In this document: positions 19,031-29,600 of the stretch, one piece after another
Position numbering within the stretch: the first letter of the stretch is position 1
How the letters are laid out: every line of letters starts with the position of its first letter
Assembly: GCA_964471275.1 (NCBI GenBank)
Contig: CAYYGZ010000011.1
Location: 1 to 36,546 of the forward strand
Length of the DNA stretch: 36,546 nucleotides
Direction: 5' to 3'
DNA from: an uncultured bacterium
GTDB taxonomy: Bacteria > Latescibacterota > UBA2968
Program-made: the position numbers and the translations under genes
Notes under the pieces: model-generated
What the model was told of the DNA's origin: nothing
The model's input: the letters and a program-made list of their open reading frames with translations, nothing else
Databases searched by the model: none

Positions 19031-20332
19031 ATGCCAAACGTCATCTGGATATTCGGAGATCAGCATCGCGCCCAGGCTATGGGCCATATGGGCGACGAGA
19101 ACGCTCGCACACCCAACCTCGATCGCATGGCTGCACGAGGGGTCCCATTTCGCCACGCTATTTCGGGGTGTCCCTGGTGCACGCCGTTCCGCGGCTCACT
19201 GCTCACGAGTCGATACACCCATCGGGCAACACAGAGAACACCACAGGCACTTGACACGTCACTCCCGACCATTGCGGATGCCTTCAACGACCAGGGCTAC
19301 AAGACCGCCTGGTTCGGGAAATGGCATCTGGTCGGCAGCAACAAAATGGAGTATGTGCCCCGAGGGGCACGCGGTCGGTTCCAAACCTGGATCGGATACG
19401 AGAACAACAATGCGCAATACGATTGTTGGGTCCACGGTCACGATGAGAACGGTCGAGACGACTCGGAACCGCTGACGGAAAAGCTCCAAATATACGAGAC
19501 CGATGCATTGACCAACAAGCTCCTCGAATACATCAAGGAACAGAAGCCCGGCAACCCGTTCTTCAGCGTCCTGTCGGTTCAGCCGCCGCACGATCCGTAT
19601 GTGGCCCCGCCGGAGTATCTCGAAAAATACAGTTCGGAGTCCGTCCGGCTCAGACCGAACGTACCTGGAATTCCGCGTATCGAGGAGCCCACCCGGAAAG
19701 ATCTCGCCGGCTATTACGCGATGATCGAGAACCTGGATTGGAACGTCGGCCGCGTACTCGATGCCCTCGAGGAACAGGGCCTCTCTGAAGAGACCCACGT
19801 CTTCTTCTTCAGCGATCATGGGGACTCACACGGCTCACACGGTCATTTCCGTAAGAGCAATCCCTATGAGGAAGCGCTCCGGATCCCCTGCATCGTCCTG
19901 CCTGCCGGGGGGACGCGTTCTCGGCAGTTCAGCGACGCTCCCTTCAACCACGTCGACTTCGCCCCCACGACCCTCGGGCTCTGTGGGATCGACAAGCCGG
20001 AGTGGATGGATGGCACGGACTATTCGTCTCACATCATCCCCGAGCGGCCCGAACCCGTCAAAGAACTGAAGTCTGCCTACATCCAGCAGTGCGTGCGAAA
20101 GCGGTTTCAGAGCGTTAACCGCACGTGGCGTGGCATCCGTACCAACGACGGGTGGAAGTATGTCTGCCTTGAAGGTCAACCGCTCGTGATGTTTGACCTG
20201 AACGAGGACCCATACGAAACACTGAACCTCGCCTTCCTCGACTCCCACAACAACAAGCGCGAGGAGCTTCAGGCTGAGTTGGCTGGATGGATCGAACGCA
20301 CCGACGACGATTTCCCGCTTCCCGAACTCTAG
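19031..20332 (+). CDS. Formylglycine-dependent sulfatase (Cys-type, S1 family)
   Basis: MPNVIWIFGDQHR, CTPFR (CxPxR), GKWHL, PPHDPY, FFSDHG and FDLNEDPYE. ATG 19031 is the real start; the track extension from 18740 lies within the repeat. Confidence 0.93.
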   Translation: MPNVIWIFGDQHRAQAMGHMGDENARTPNLDRMAARGVPFRHAISGCPWCTPFRGSLLTSRYTHRATQRTPQALDTSLPTIADAFNDQGYKTAWFGKWHLVGSNKMEYVPRGARGRFQTWIGYENNNAQYDCWVHGHDENGRDDSEPLTEKLQIYETDALTNKLLEYIKEQKPGNPFFSVLSVQPPHDPYVAPPEYLEKYSSESVRLRPNVPGIPRIEEPTRKDLAGYYAMIENLDWNVGRVLDALEEQGLSEETHVFFFSDHGDSHGSHGHFRKSNPYEEALRIPCIVLPAGGTRSRQFSDAPFNHVDFAPTTLGLCGIDKPEWMDGTDYSSHIIPERPEPVKELKSAYIQQCVRKRFQSVNRTWRGIRTNDGWKYVCLEGQPLVMFDLNEDPYETLNLAFLDSHNNKREELQAELAGWIERTDDDFPLPEL

Positions 20333-20351
20333 TGATTGATCCTCGTCACCA

Positions 20352-20530
20352 AACCCTCTCCTGCTCGCGGGAGAGGACAGGTTGGCGTCAGCCAACCAGA
20401 TGGGGGCCGTGCCTGTTTGCTCTTTTCTGTTCTACACAGGAGCTCGGCCTCTCCCCATCCAAAGCGATTCTCACACCGGTATGGTCTGCGGCACAATCCT
20501 GTCGGCACCGGAGCCCTCACCCGGCTGCTT
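20352..20530. repeat. Degenerate REP/REPIN-like palindromic repeat
   Basis: CCTCTCCTGC-TC-GCGGGAGAGG palindrome, nested GGTTGGC-GTCA-GCCAACC hairpin, and downstream CCCTCACCCGGC. Confidence 0.5.
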
Positions 20531-20540
20531 CTGATTCCCA

Positions 20541-22034
20541 ATGGTTTCGCCGCTGCCTGTGATATGGAGGACTGCGACTAAGGATTCTCCCTCTATAGAC
20601 TTTGGTGATATCGCCCGGCAGATCCGTTCCGCTCGCAAAGAGCGACATATTCCGTCTCTGGCTGTCGCGGTCGCAAAGCGGGGCGAGATCGTCTGGGAGG
20701 ATGGTTTTGGTTGGGCGAATCTCGAGACCCGACTGCGTTCCGATCCTCGTATCGCCTACTCGCTCGCCTCGATCAGCAAGCCGATCACGGCAACAGCCCT
20801 GATGATTCTTGTCGAGCGTGGATTGATCGACCTCGACGCACCGATCAACGAATACCTGGGTGATGCGAAGGTCACGGCGCACGTGGGCGTCGCCGGGAAC
20901 GGCCAGTCGGGGATGGATCCCAGGGAAGCCGCGGATCAGGCGACCGTTCGTCGGGTCGCGAACCACACATCAGGCCTCCCGCTACACTACCATTTCTTCC
21001 ACGACGACGAGCCCTGGCGTCGCCCGCCGATGGATCTATCCATCCTCCGTTACGGACACCTGGTCCGCCTGCCCGGTGAACGCTATGTCTATGCCAACTT
21101 CGGTTTCGGCCTCATCGACTACATCATCGAGCGGGCATCCGGCAAACCGTTCGGCACCTTCCTGAAGCGGGAAGTTCTCGATCCCCTCGGAATGACACGT
21201 TCGTCTCTGGGTATCGGAACCCACCTGGCACCCTATACGGCTGAGCGATACGACCTGGAAGGCCGCCCAATCTCCTTCTACGATTTCGACCATCCCGGGG
21301 GGAGCGCGGTCTATGCCTCTGCACGCGACCTGGTCCGCTTTGGTCAACTGCATCTGAAGGCTCCGAGCAACGACCAGCGGGCGATCCTTTCAGACGCATC
21401 GATCGAATGTATGCAGACACCGACGAGTGATCCCGACCCAGACAGCGGATACGGAATCGGGTGGAGAATTGCGACCGACAGTCGTGTATATCGAACCGTC
21501 AGCCACGATGGAAGCATGGGGGGTGTACGAACGCGTCTGATACTCGTTCCAGAAGAGCAGTTGGTCGTCGCCACGGTCTGCAACAAGAGAGATGAACTGC
21601 CTGTCGAAACGGCAAATGCGATCGTCGCGGGCTATCTACCGGGATTCGGAGCGCAGGAGGCACCCTCCGACAGCGATGCGCTCTCATTCGCGGCACACCC
21701 GGCCCTTCTGGGCAGATGGCGAGGCAGCGTGCAGACCTACGAGGGCAGCATACCCGTTGAAATGGATATCCCAGACACGGGTCCCATTCGGGTGCGATTC
21801 CGAGATGGATTGCAGACAGCGGTGGACGCATCAACCTTTGAAAACGACGTGCTTACGGGTACGACACTTGGAGACATTGAGACGGAAGACTCGGCAAAGC
21901 GCCCCTATACGCTGGCTTTCGAACTGAATCTGCGCTGGAATGTCCTGAACGGGTCAGTGACCGCGGTGTCTGAACCCGGTCCCCGGCTCGGGAACGCGCT
22001 AAGCCACTGGTGCGAGCTGGAAAAGGCCTCCTGA
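20541..22034 (+). CDS. Serine hydrolase, beta-lactamase class C/PBP-like family
   Basis: SISK (SxxK), HTSGL, YAN (YxN) and HDG motifs; start uncertain. Confidence 0.88.
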   Translation: MVSPLPVIWRTATKDSPSIDFGDIARQIRSARKERHIPSLAVAVAKRGEIVWEDGFGWANLETRLRSDPRIAYSLASISKPITATALMILVERGLIDLDAPINEYLGDAKVTAHVGVAGNGQSGMDPREAADQATVRRVANHTSGLPLHYHFFHDDEPWRRPPMDLSILRYGHLVRLPGERYVYANFGFGLIDYIIERASGKPFGTFLKREVLDPLGMTRSSLGIGTHLAPYTAERYDLEGRPISFYDFDHPGGSAVYASARDLVRFGQLHLKAPSNDQRAILSDASIECMQTPTSDPDPDSGYGIGWRIATDSRVYRTVSHDGSMGGVRTRLILVPEEQLVVATVCNKRDELPVETANAIVAGYLPGFGAQEAPSDSDALSFAAHPALLGRWRGSVQTYEGSIPVEMDIPDTGPIRVRFRDGLQTAVDASTFENDVLTGTTLGDIETEDSAKRPYTLAFELNLRWNVLNGSVTAVSEPGPRLGNALSHWCELEKAS

Positions 22035-22441
22035 GGACCGTTCTGACGATGTGATTTGAATCACTACCTGATACCCGTGGTTTGCGCATCCTTGTATCGG
22101 ATCTTACCACTACGCTGGGTATCGGGGCCGGCAGCCACCCTCCCCAGGGCCAAACCGTCTTGAACCCGTAAACAGCGATCCAGCATTCAAATCGTTTGAC
22201 GCTATACGCTACAGAGACCTCAAACAGATCCAGACCCATCCATACAATCCAGGCCGCTGATAGCAAGAGCAGAGCCCCCTAGCTTGACCTGGCCAACATA
22301 TTGATTTTCATAGAGTTATGTTTTGGACAATTACAGAGCAAGCTGGATGGGTGAATTCGATTGACAAGAATTACAACCTTTGTGATTCGTGGGACACGCT
22401 GGACTGCCTAGCCGGGCACTACTTCATCAGGAAACAACAGC

Positions 22442-22822
22442 ATGGCCGTAGATATTCGCAAGAGGATTCGAGATCTCAGGAAGACAAGGGGGATGTCCGC
22501 AAAGGACGTTTCCGAGAAAATGGGTATATCCAGGCCCGTCTACACACAGTTGGAGGGCGGAACGCGTCGCCTCTCGGTGCAATACCTGGAAGGAATCGCC
22601 AAGGCCCTGACTACGACTGTCGCCGACCTCTACAGCGAGCGCGGCGTGCCCGCCACTCCTAACGTTGTGGCGAGAGCGGTTGCAAATGACAATCCTCCGG
22701 AACTCGCTGAGAAGCTTCGGCCCTATCTGGGTGAGGATTCGGACAATGCAGCTGAAAGTTTGCACGATCTGGACAAGACCGCAAAATCACTGAGAAAATT
22801 CAAGACGACTGACAAGAAGTAG
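22442..22822 (+). CDS. XRE/Cro-C1-type HTH transcriptional regulator
   Basis: RIRDLRKTRGMSAKDVSEKMGISRPVYTQLEGGTRRLSVQYLEGIAKAL. Confidence 0.9.
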   Translation: MAVDIRKRIRDLRKTRGMSAKDVSEKMGISRPVYTQLEGGTRRLSVQYLEGIAKALTTTVADLYSERGVPATPNVVARAVANDNPPELAEKLRPYLGEDSDNAAESLHDLDKTAKSLRKFKTTDKK

Positions 22823-22847
22823 CAGAAACCTACTATCGTCTACGATT

Positions 22848-22879
22848 GAGCCGGGCCTCGTTTGAGAACCGGCTTTTTT
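22848..22879 (+). terminator. Rho-independent terminator after the XRE gene
   Basis: GAGCCGG...CCGGCTTTTTT stem with T-tract. Confidence 0.7.
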
Positions 22880-22988
22880 CGTACCTGCCGATGAGCACCT
22901 CGCCTCCGGGAAAACATCGCCAACGGTCTCGCCTTCCTACCTTGAGGTCTTCCTTTCACATATCTTCGCTCTGCACATTCTCATTTCC

Positions 22989-25900
22989 TCACACAGAAAA
23001 CAGCACCCCTTTCACCTCTTCACCCGTAGCCCTGGCAACCCCCTCGACGTAGAGCCTGATCTGCCCCAGGTATGCCCCACGCTGCGCATCTATGTCCTCA
23101 TCCGTCTTGAAATCGACCACGGTCCATCCCTCACCCGTCCGAAACGCCATATCCACAATCCCTTCCACCAGCTCCCCCGCATCGTTCACATACATCACCG
23201 GTGTCTCGCGCTTCACATCCTCCGATTGCCCGGCATCCTGCATCAGTGGATGCTTCAAAGCACGCTGAACGACATCATACGCCGCCTCACGCTCCAGGGA
23301 CGGTGCGCCGAACTGTCGTCCCTGCCGATCGACTACCATCCGCAGGTCGTCGACCGACCCCTTCAGATCGACACGTGAGAAGATCGTGTGAACCAGTGAC
23401 CCAAACCGGGACCCGCTCGGCCGATCCGGTTCGCGATCGAGTTCGATTGCCTCGATCGGCCGATCGCTGTCTTTCAGATCGATACCGACTTCGGATGGTG
23501 CGTGCGCACGGATAGTCGGCTCCTTCCCCGCTTCGACTATCCTGTCCCGATTTCGGCGCCAGTCGTCGTAACGCGTATCCGCCTTCACATCCGGACCCGC
23601 CTCCAAAACCTTCTGATGGCGCAACCCGGCACGCGGTTCCTTATCGAGTTCCAGCACGTGCGGGTCCCACCACACCACTTCGTGACTGCCCAACGCAGGT
23701 TTGTGGAGACCTGGCCTCACCGCCTCCGTCTGCTCCCCGTCCTGAGACCGTGGCCGCATCCGCACACTGTCCCTTCCGAACTCCGGACACCCGGAAGCCG
23801 GCTCTGCGTCCCATTTCTTGTCCGGTTTCGGATACATCGCCGGGTTCAGCACCTCGAGCCAACCTTCCAGCTCATCATCGCCAACTACAGGCACCACGAG
23901 CAGATCCCGCGCCCTCGTGGCCGCCACATAAGCCACCCGCACACCCTCCGCCGAATCCCGAGCCGCCTCCAGATCCGTGTTGTCGAGCAGATCACGCGGC
24001 GAAGCCCCGCACAGCGGTTCTGCCCACAGTCGTCGTTCCACGTCGGTAAACCGGTTCGGCGCCCGTGTCGCGTTACAGGTCGGGTCCGCCAGAATCACCA
24101 CCGGAAACTCCAGCCCTTTCGCCCGATGCGCCGTCATCATCCGGACACCTTCTGTCCCCTCTTCAATCAGCGCCGCATCCTGGGCTGTCCCACTCTCCGC
24201 TTCCGTCTCCAGCAATTCCACAAACGACCGGAACGACGACGCACCCCGACGCTCATATCGGTGCCCCCGCTCGATCATGCGAAACAGATTCGCCAGCGTC
24301 TGATCGCCGTTTGCCCCGATCGCCATACCCGCCTGTGCTCTTACCCGGTCGAGCAGATCGGACAGCGTCGTCGAAATCGCTTTCCTGTTTCGGCTCGCGT
24401 GCAGCCGCCCCAGAATTTCGAGCGCGTCAGCCACCTCGAGTGCCTTTTTATCCATCTCATCGCGATCGTATTCCCGCAGCGGGTGCAGCGATCCCCCGCT
24501 CTGATGCCGAAACGCCAGCAGTGCGTCATCACTGAACGCGAACAGCGGTCCCCGCAGCGTCGCGTACACGCGGAGCGTATCGTCGGGCCACTCGATCGCC
24601 GCCAGCGCGTTCCGGATCGCCTGAATCTCCTCTTGCTCGTGGAACGACCGGCCGCCCACCAGCACGTGCGGGACGCGTCTGGCCTCGAGCGCGCGCACAT
24701 AGTTGCGCGTCACATCCTGGAAGAACGACTGATACCGACGGAACAGGATACAGACGTGGCGCGCCTTGATCGGCTGCGGTGTGTTCGGATCATCCCGCTC
24801 GGTTACCTGCCAGCCCGATTCATTCAGCAGCCAGTCGACAAACGCGCCGACGCCATCCGGGTATGATTTCTCGATCGCATAGTTCCGGACCTGACCGAAC
24901 CGGCTGTAGGGTCTCGGCACCGGCAACGCCACGATACTCGGCTGATCTGCCCAATCCTCGCGATTCGGATCCAGCGCCACATACGTCGCCTGACTCCCGT
25001 CCTCAGCCCCGCGCATATGCGGAGCGAACGCCGCGTTCACGCAATCCTGAATTTGCGGCAGACTCCGGAAGCTCGTCGTCAGATGAAGCACCTCCGCTCC
25101 ACACGCCACCAGGGACGTCTTCGTCTGCTCGTAGAGCATCACATCCGCACGCCGAAACCGGTAGATCGACTGCTTGGGATCGCCGACGATAAACAGCTTC
25201 CCGGGCTTCGGTTCTGCTGCCCAGAAATCGGTCACGTCCAGCTTCGACGACGCCAGCAGCATCAGGATCTCCACCTGCAGCGGGTCCGTATCCTGGAATT
25301 CGTCCACGAAGAAATGTGTAAACCGATCCTGCAGCTGTTCACGCACGGCGTCGTGCTCGACAATCACGTCGCGCACGCGAATCAAGAGATCCAGAAAATC
25401 GAGCCGTCCCTCCCGCTCCTTGAGCTGCTCGTATCCTGCGATGGCGGGCCCCAGATCCTCCTGCAGCCTGGCCGCCAGATCCGCGTCCACATCCTCCACA
25501 AACGCATCGAGATCTGTCTTCACGTCATCGCGCATCTTCAGGGCTTCATCTCGACTGACCCCTTCCGCATAGTCGTCACCGAACCCCTTGTAGGTCCAAC
25601 TCCGCCGCCGCTTCAAATCCTTCAGCTCCGCCTCCACGCCGTCGTAATCCCGCTCCTCCATCGCGCGCTCACGCAGCAGGATCTCCTCCACAAACCGGTT
25701 CATATCCTGGAAATGCTGCGCCAGCCGCGACGTCGGTCGAAACGCATTCTCACTCAGTCTTCCAAGCGACGCCAGCCGCGTCATCACCGCATCGATCCGT
25801 GCCTCCCGATCGAAATCACCCCGCGTCCACCTTGCCGAAAAATCTCGATGCTCCGCCAGCGACCTCGCCGCAAACCGCAGCTGCCGCGACGGCGCCTCAT

Positions 25901-26405
25901 CATACCGGAATGGCTTCCGCCTCAGGGCACGCCTCACCCCTTCAGGCGGATCCGACAGAATCGCCTGAAACCACGTATCGAACGCCCGATCCTGCAGCGC
26001 CGTCGACTCGTCGGCCGCAGCCACCTGGAAGATTGGATCGATCCCGGCCTCGACCGGGTATTCCCGCAGCAGATCGCCGCAGAATCCGTGGATCGTCCCG
26101 ATATGCGCCAACTCCAGTTGGGACAGTGCCGTATCGAAATTCTGCAGCGCCACCTCGGACGTCACCGGATCCCGTCGCGCCTCCTCGATCTTCTCCCGCA
26201 GCCGCAGCTTCAACTCCCCTGCCGCCGCCTCCGTAAACGTCACCGCCACCATATGCTCCAGTTCCGCCCTCCCGGATGCGACAAGAGCGACCATCCGGTT
26301 GACGAGTTCGGTAGTCTTGCCTGTCCCGGCAGCGGCTTCGACAAAGAGAGTCGCATCAAGATCGTTCGCGATCGTGTCGCGTGCACTTTGGTCTGGGAGA
26401 GTCAA
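22989..26405 (-). CDS. addA: AddA/RecB-type UvrD (SF1A) helicase-nuclease
   Basis: AAAGTGKT, VTFTEAAAGELK, TIHGFC, VDEFQDTD, VGDPKQSIYRFRRAD, TAHRAKGLEF and YVAATRARD, plus C-terminal PD-(D/E)xK 'GIVDMAF...VVDFKT'. Confidence 0.9.
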   Translation of the reverse strand: MTLPDQSARDTIANDLDATLFVEAAAGTGKTTELVNRMVALVASGRAELEHMVAVTFTEAAAGELKLRLREKIEEARRDPVTSEVALQNFDTALSQLELAHIGTIHGFCGDLLREYPVEAGIDPIFQVAAADESTALQDRAFDTWFQAILSDPPEGVRRALRRKPFRYDEAPSRQLRFAARSLAEHRDFSARWTRGDFDREARIDAVMTRLASLGRLSENAFRPTSRLAQHFQDMNRFVEEILLRERAMEERDYDGVEAELKDLKRRRSWTYKGFGDDYAEGVSRDEALKMRDDVKTDLDAFVEDVDADLAARLQEDLGPAIAGYEQLKEREGRLDFLDLLIRVRDVIVEHDAVREQLQDRFTHFFVDEFQDTDPLQVEILMLLASSKLDVTDFWAAEPKPGKLFIVGDPKQSIYRFRRADVMLYEQTKTSLVACGAEVLHLTTSFRSLPQIQDCVNAAFAPHMRGAEDGSQATYVALDPNREDWADQPSIVALPVPRPYSRFGQVRNYAIEKSYPDGVGAFVDWLLNESGWQVTERDDPNTPQPIKARHVCILFRRYQSFFQDVTRNYVRALEARRVPHVLVGGRSFHEQEEIQAIRNALAAIEWPDDTLRVYATLRGPLFAFSDDALLAFRHQSGGSLHPLREYDRDEMDKKALEVADALEILGRLHASRNRKAISTTLSDLLDRVRAQAGMAIGANGDQTLANLFRMIERGHRYERRGASSFRSFVELLETEAESGTAQDAALIEEGTEGVRMMTAHRAKGLEFPVVILADPTCNATRAPNRFTDVERRLWAEPLCGASPRDLLDNTDLEAARDSAEGVRVAYVAATRARDLLVVPVVGDDELEGWLEVLNPAMYPKPDKKWDAEPASGCPEFGRDSVRMRPRSQDGEQTEAVRPGLHKPALGSHEVVWWDPHVLELDKEPRAGLRHQKVLEAGPDVKADTRYDDWRRNRDRIVEAGKEPTIRAHAPSEVGIDLKDSDRPIEAIELDREPDRPSGSRFGSLVHTIFSRVDLKGSVDDLRMVVDRQGRQFGAPSLEREAAYDVVQRALKHPLMQDAGQSEDVKRETPVMYVNDAGELVEGIVDMAFRTGEGWTVVDFKTDEDIDAQRGAYLGQIRLYVEGVARATGEEVKGVLFSV

Positions 26406-26411
26406 GGGCAG

Positions 26412-26690
26412 AGCCTTTCAACGCGGAGTGCGCGAAGAACGCAGAGAGAACCCAGGGTAAGGGGCAGGCAGGGGGTGAACTGCAGGACACAAATCGTGGA
26501 TCGGCACCTCGTCGGTGTATGTGTGAGTTTCGTCATCGTCAGTTTGTCAGATGGGATGGCTTCGAGTGGAGGGTCCAGAGCTGGGAGAGATCCTTCGGCT
26601 TTGCCTCAGGATGACGTGTTCCCGACTGCCGTGGCCTGTAGCATCTCTCGGCCTCTTGGTTTTCCATCTTCCCCCTCTGCGTTGAAGGCT
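26412..26690. repeat. REPIN/MITE-like spacer between addB and addA, with terminal inverted repeats and a nested REP half-element
   Basis: AGCCTTTCAACGCGGAG (26412-26428) versus CTCTGCGTTGAAGGCT (26675-26690); internal GAGATCCTTCGGCTTTGCCTCAGGATGACG (26587-26616), with CGTCATC at 26531. Confidence 0.6.
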
Positions 26691-26695
26691 ATTCT

Positions 26696-29600
26696 TTATG
26701 TAAGCGAGCGCAGCCACGTCAGGGCCGGAATATCCGGCTTCCTCTCCGTTCTTTGCTCCTCGTGATGTCCACAGATCGCCTTGAAGTCACACAGCCGACA
26801 CGCATCTTCCTTCGGTGCCGCCGGTAGCTGCCCCCGCTCTACCGATCCATCGATCGTCTCTGCCAGCCGGTCGGCGATCAGCAGCGCGTTATCCTTAAGC
26901 GCAAAGCCACGTTTCTCGAACCCGCCGGCAGCCGTGCAGTAATGCAGTTCTCCGAACACGGCCGGTGCCCCTTCGAACAGCACCTTCGTTGCCAGCCCAT
27001 ACAGAAGCGGTTGTAGCGACTCACCCCCACCAATGATTGCGCCTTCCGGGATGCGGACACGGCCCGTCTTGTGATCCACAACCCGAAGCTCTCCCTTTGC
27101 GTTGCGCTCGAGTAGATCGATACAGCCTCGCAGACGGAAGCCCGACCTCACCTCGATTGGCTCCTCAGTCGAGTGTGGGTCCGCCTTCTCCATATCGCGC
27201 AACCCGAAGGAAAGCTCGAACCGCCAGGGCACAAAGCCCGTCTCGTCCTCGCTCATCCGATACAGCCACTCGCGCAAGTCCGCGTGGATGGCCGTAATCG
27301 CGTCCTGCCAGACCCGATCGATGGCGGGTGCAAGCCGATCGTGAAACGCATCGGCCACAGCGTACACCGCCTCCGCCAGCACCGAATACGCCTGACCCAG
27401 GTTCAGCTCCGTCACAGGCAGTACCCGACGATCGCGCAGAAGCGACAGCGCCGCATACTGGATGTCGTGGATCAACGCCCCCCGCTGCAAGGGGTCAATC
27501 CGCTCGATCGCTTCCGCCTCTTCCCGCGGTGACAGACGCTGGATCGCCTTCAGGAAGAACTGATACGGACACGCGGCATATGCCTGCAGACTCGTCGGGG
27601 AGTAAGCACGTGACTTCAGGCGATGCTGTTCGATCGCATCCCGCTCATCCTCCTTCCGGATCATTAACCCGTCTGCAACCGTCCACGCATTCGAAAAACG
27701 CCGATACCGCCACCGGAGCGAGCGTGCCAGGTGTTCGTTCGACTCGATCAGATACCGCGCTGACCCCGCGACCTCCTCCTGCCTGGCGTCCAGCAGCGCG
27801 TCGATAATCGACAGATCGAACTCCGCGTGATCGATCGCGTCATTCGCTTCCTTCGGTGCGGGCCACCCAGGGCGAGTCGACCGATCCTTCTGCGCCTCCC
27901 GGTCCAGCTCCGAAATCGACGGCAGCTTCCCCGTCATCGCGCGCAGCGACTCGAGCGCGTAGAACGACGACACCCGCTGACGTCCGTGCTCCAGGTCAAC
28001 GCGCGGATACGACAGGAACACCTGCTCCCGCGCCGCCCCCATCGCGATTCGCAGCGACAGACGCTCCTCCTGCACGCGATCCTCGTTCGTCACCAGGAAC
28101 GGATCGAGCCGTTTGCGCAGCCGGTCCCCGAGAATCGGGTCCTGCACGATCTTGCTCGGAAACAGTCGCTCCGCAAGCCCCGGGATAAACACCGCGTCGA
28201 ACGCCAGACCACGTGCGGCTTCGATCGAAGCCACGAACACGCGCCCATACCGGTCCGACTCGGGACGCTCCGTTAGCTCCAGCAGATTCGGCGCGAGCAC
28301 CCGATACACCTCGTCGATACCGACCGGCCCGACGGTTGCCATCGGCGCCAGCTCCGACAGCACCGAGAGCACACGCGTCGGCTCGCGGAGACACCGCGTC
28401 GCGAGCGCCGTCAGCCGCTGAATCCAGCCGCCCCACTGCTGTGGCCTCCGCAGCCGATCGAGATCCGTCAGAATCGGCAGCGCATACGCCCGCAGACTCT
28501 TCAGATGCTCCAGCTCACGATTCAGCCGCTCCTCCGTCGCCTCGTCCAGATCATCCCGATTATCCAGCTTCAGCACCAGCTCCTGCTCCAGTCCGCCCAG
28601 CCGCCGCCGCCATCGATCAAGCCCGCCGATCACCGACGCCTCCACCAGCAAACGCTCCCACCTCCGCGGTGCCCGCAGCGTCCCCGAAACCACGGTCGCA
28701 GGAGAATCCTGCGCCGTCTGGGCAAACAGATCCATCTGCGGCACCGGCACCGCTTCCGGGTCCGCAAGCAGGTCGTCATCCGGCGACACCCAGCGATCCC
28801 CTTCTTCGGTTTCCGCCGGCGGTTCCCCCTCTGCTGTCGCATCCGGTACCTGCCCGAGCGACAGATACTCCGCGAATCGCCTCGCCGACAGCCCCTCCGC
28901 CGCGCACAGCAGCAGGCTGATAAACGCCCGTCCCGACGGATCCGGCCGCGTCACGCCTCGCGAGAAATACGCCGGAATCCCCGCCCGGTTCAGCGCGTTC
29001 TCGACATGAGGTCGATACAGCTCGGGCGAATGCAGCAGAATCACGATCTTGTCAAACGGCACGCCGTCATCGGCCAATCGATGAATCCGTCGCGCGATCT
29101 CCACACATTCTAAATGCTCGCCTGCTTCGGAGAACACCTTCAGGGAGTCAGTGTCTGCATCCTCATCTGTGATCGGTGAGGTTGTATCAAACAGCCGTCG
29201 ACGCATTCTTGACAACGGTGAATTCTGATTCTCTTCGTCTACCGTGACTTCACACGCCAGCGCATCGGCCAGGCCATCTGACGACCGATCATCCCCCTCC
29301 TGGACGGTCGCATACACGCAGCTTGCGCGCCTCGCCAGCTGCCGAATCAGCTCAATCTCTGCTCGCATTCGAACCGGCACGTCGAGGAACACCGTCGGGA
29401 GAGACAGAATCGGATGGCTGAATGTATCGTCCGCCAACGCCGTGGCGGTAGTGCGGTAGGCGTCCGCCCGATCCACCATCCCGGACTCGCGAAGCTGGGA
29501 ACGGTATCTGGATACCAACCGCCCGAAATCCGGCGTCACTTTCTCCAGCTGATCATCTGCGAGCCCCTGAAGCCCCACCTCCTCGATCGCGTCACGTGCC

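Noticed and set aside
23502..26765. Long plus-strand ORFs (454 aa at 23502-24866; 582 aa at 25017-26765)
   Set aside because: Antisense shadows of the GC3-rich addA gene; Arg/Pro/His-rich with no motifs.
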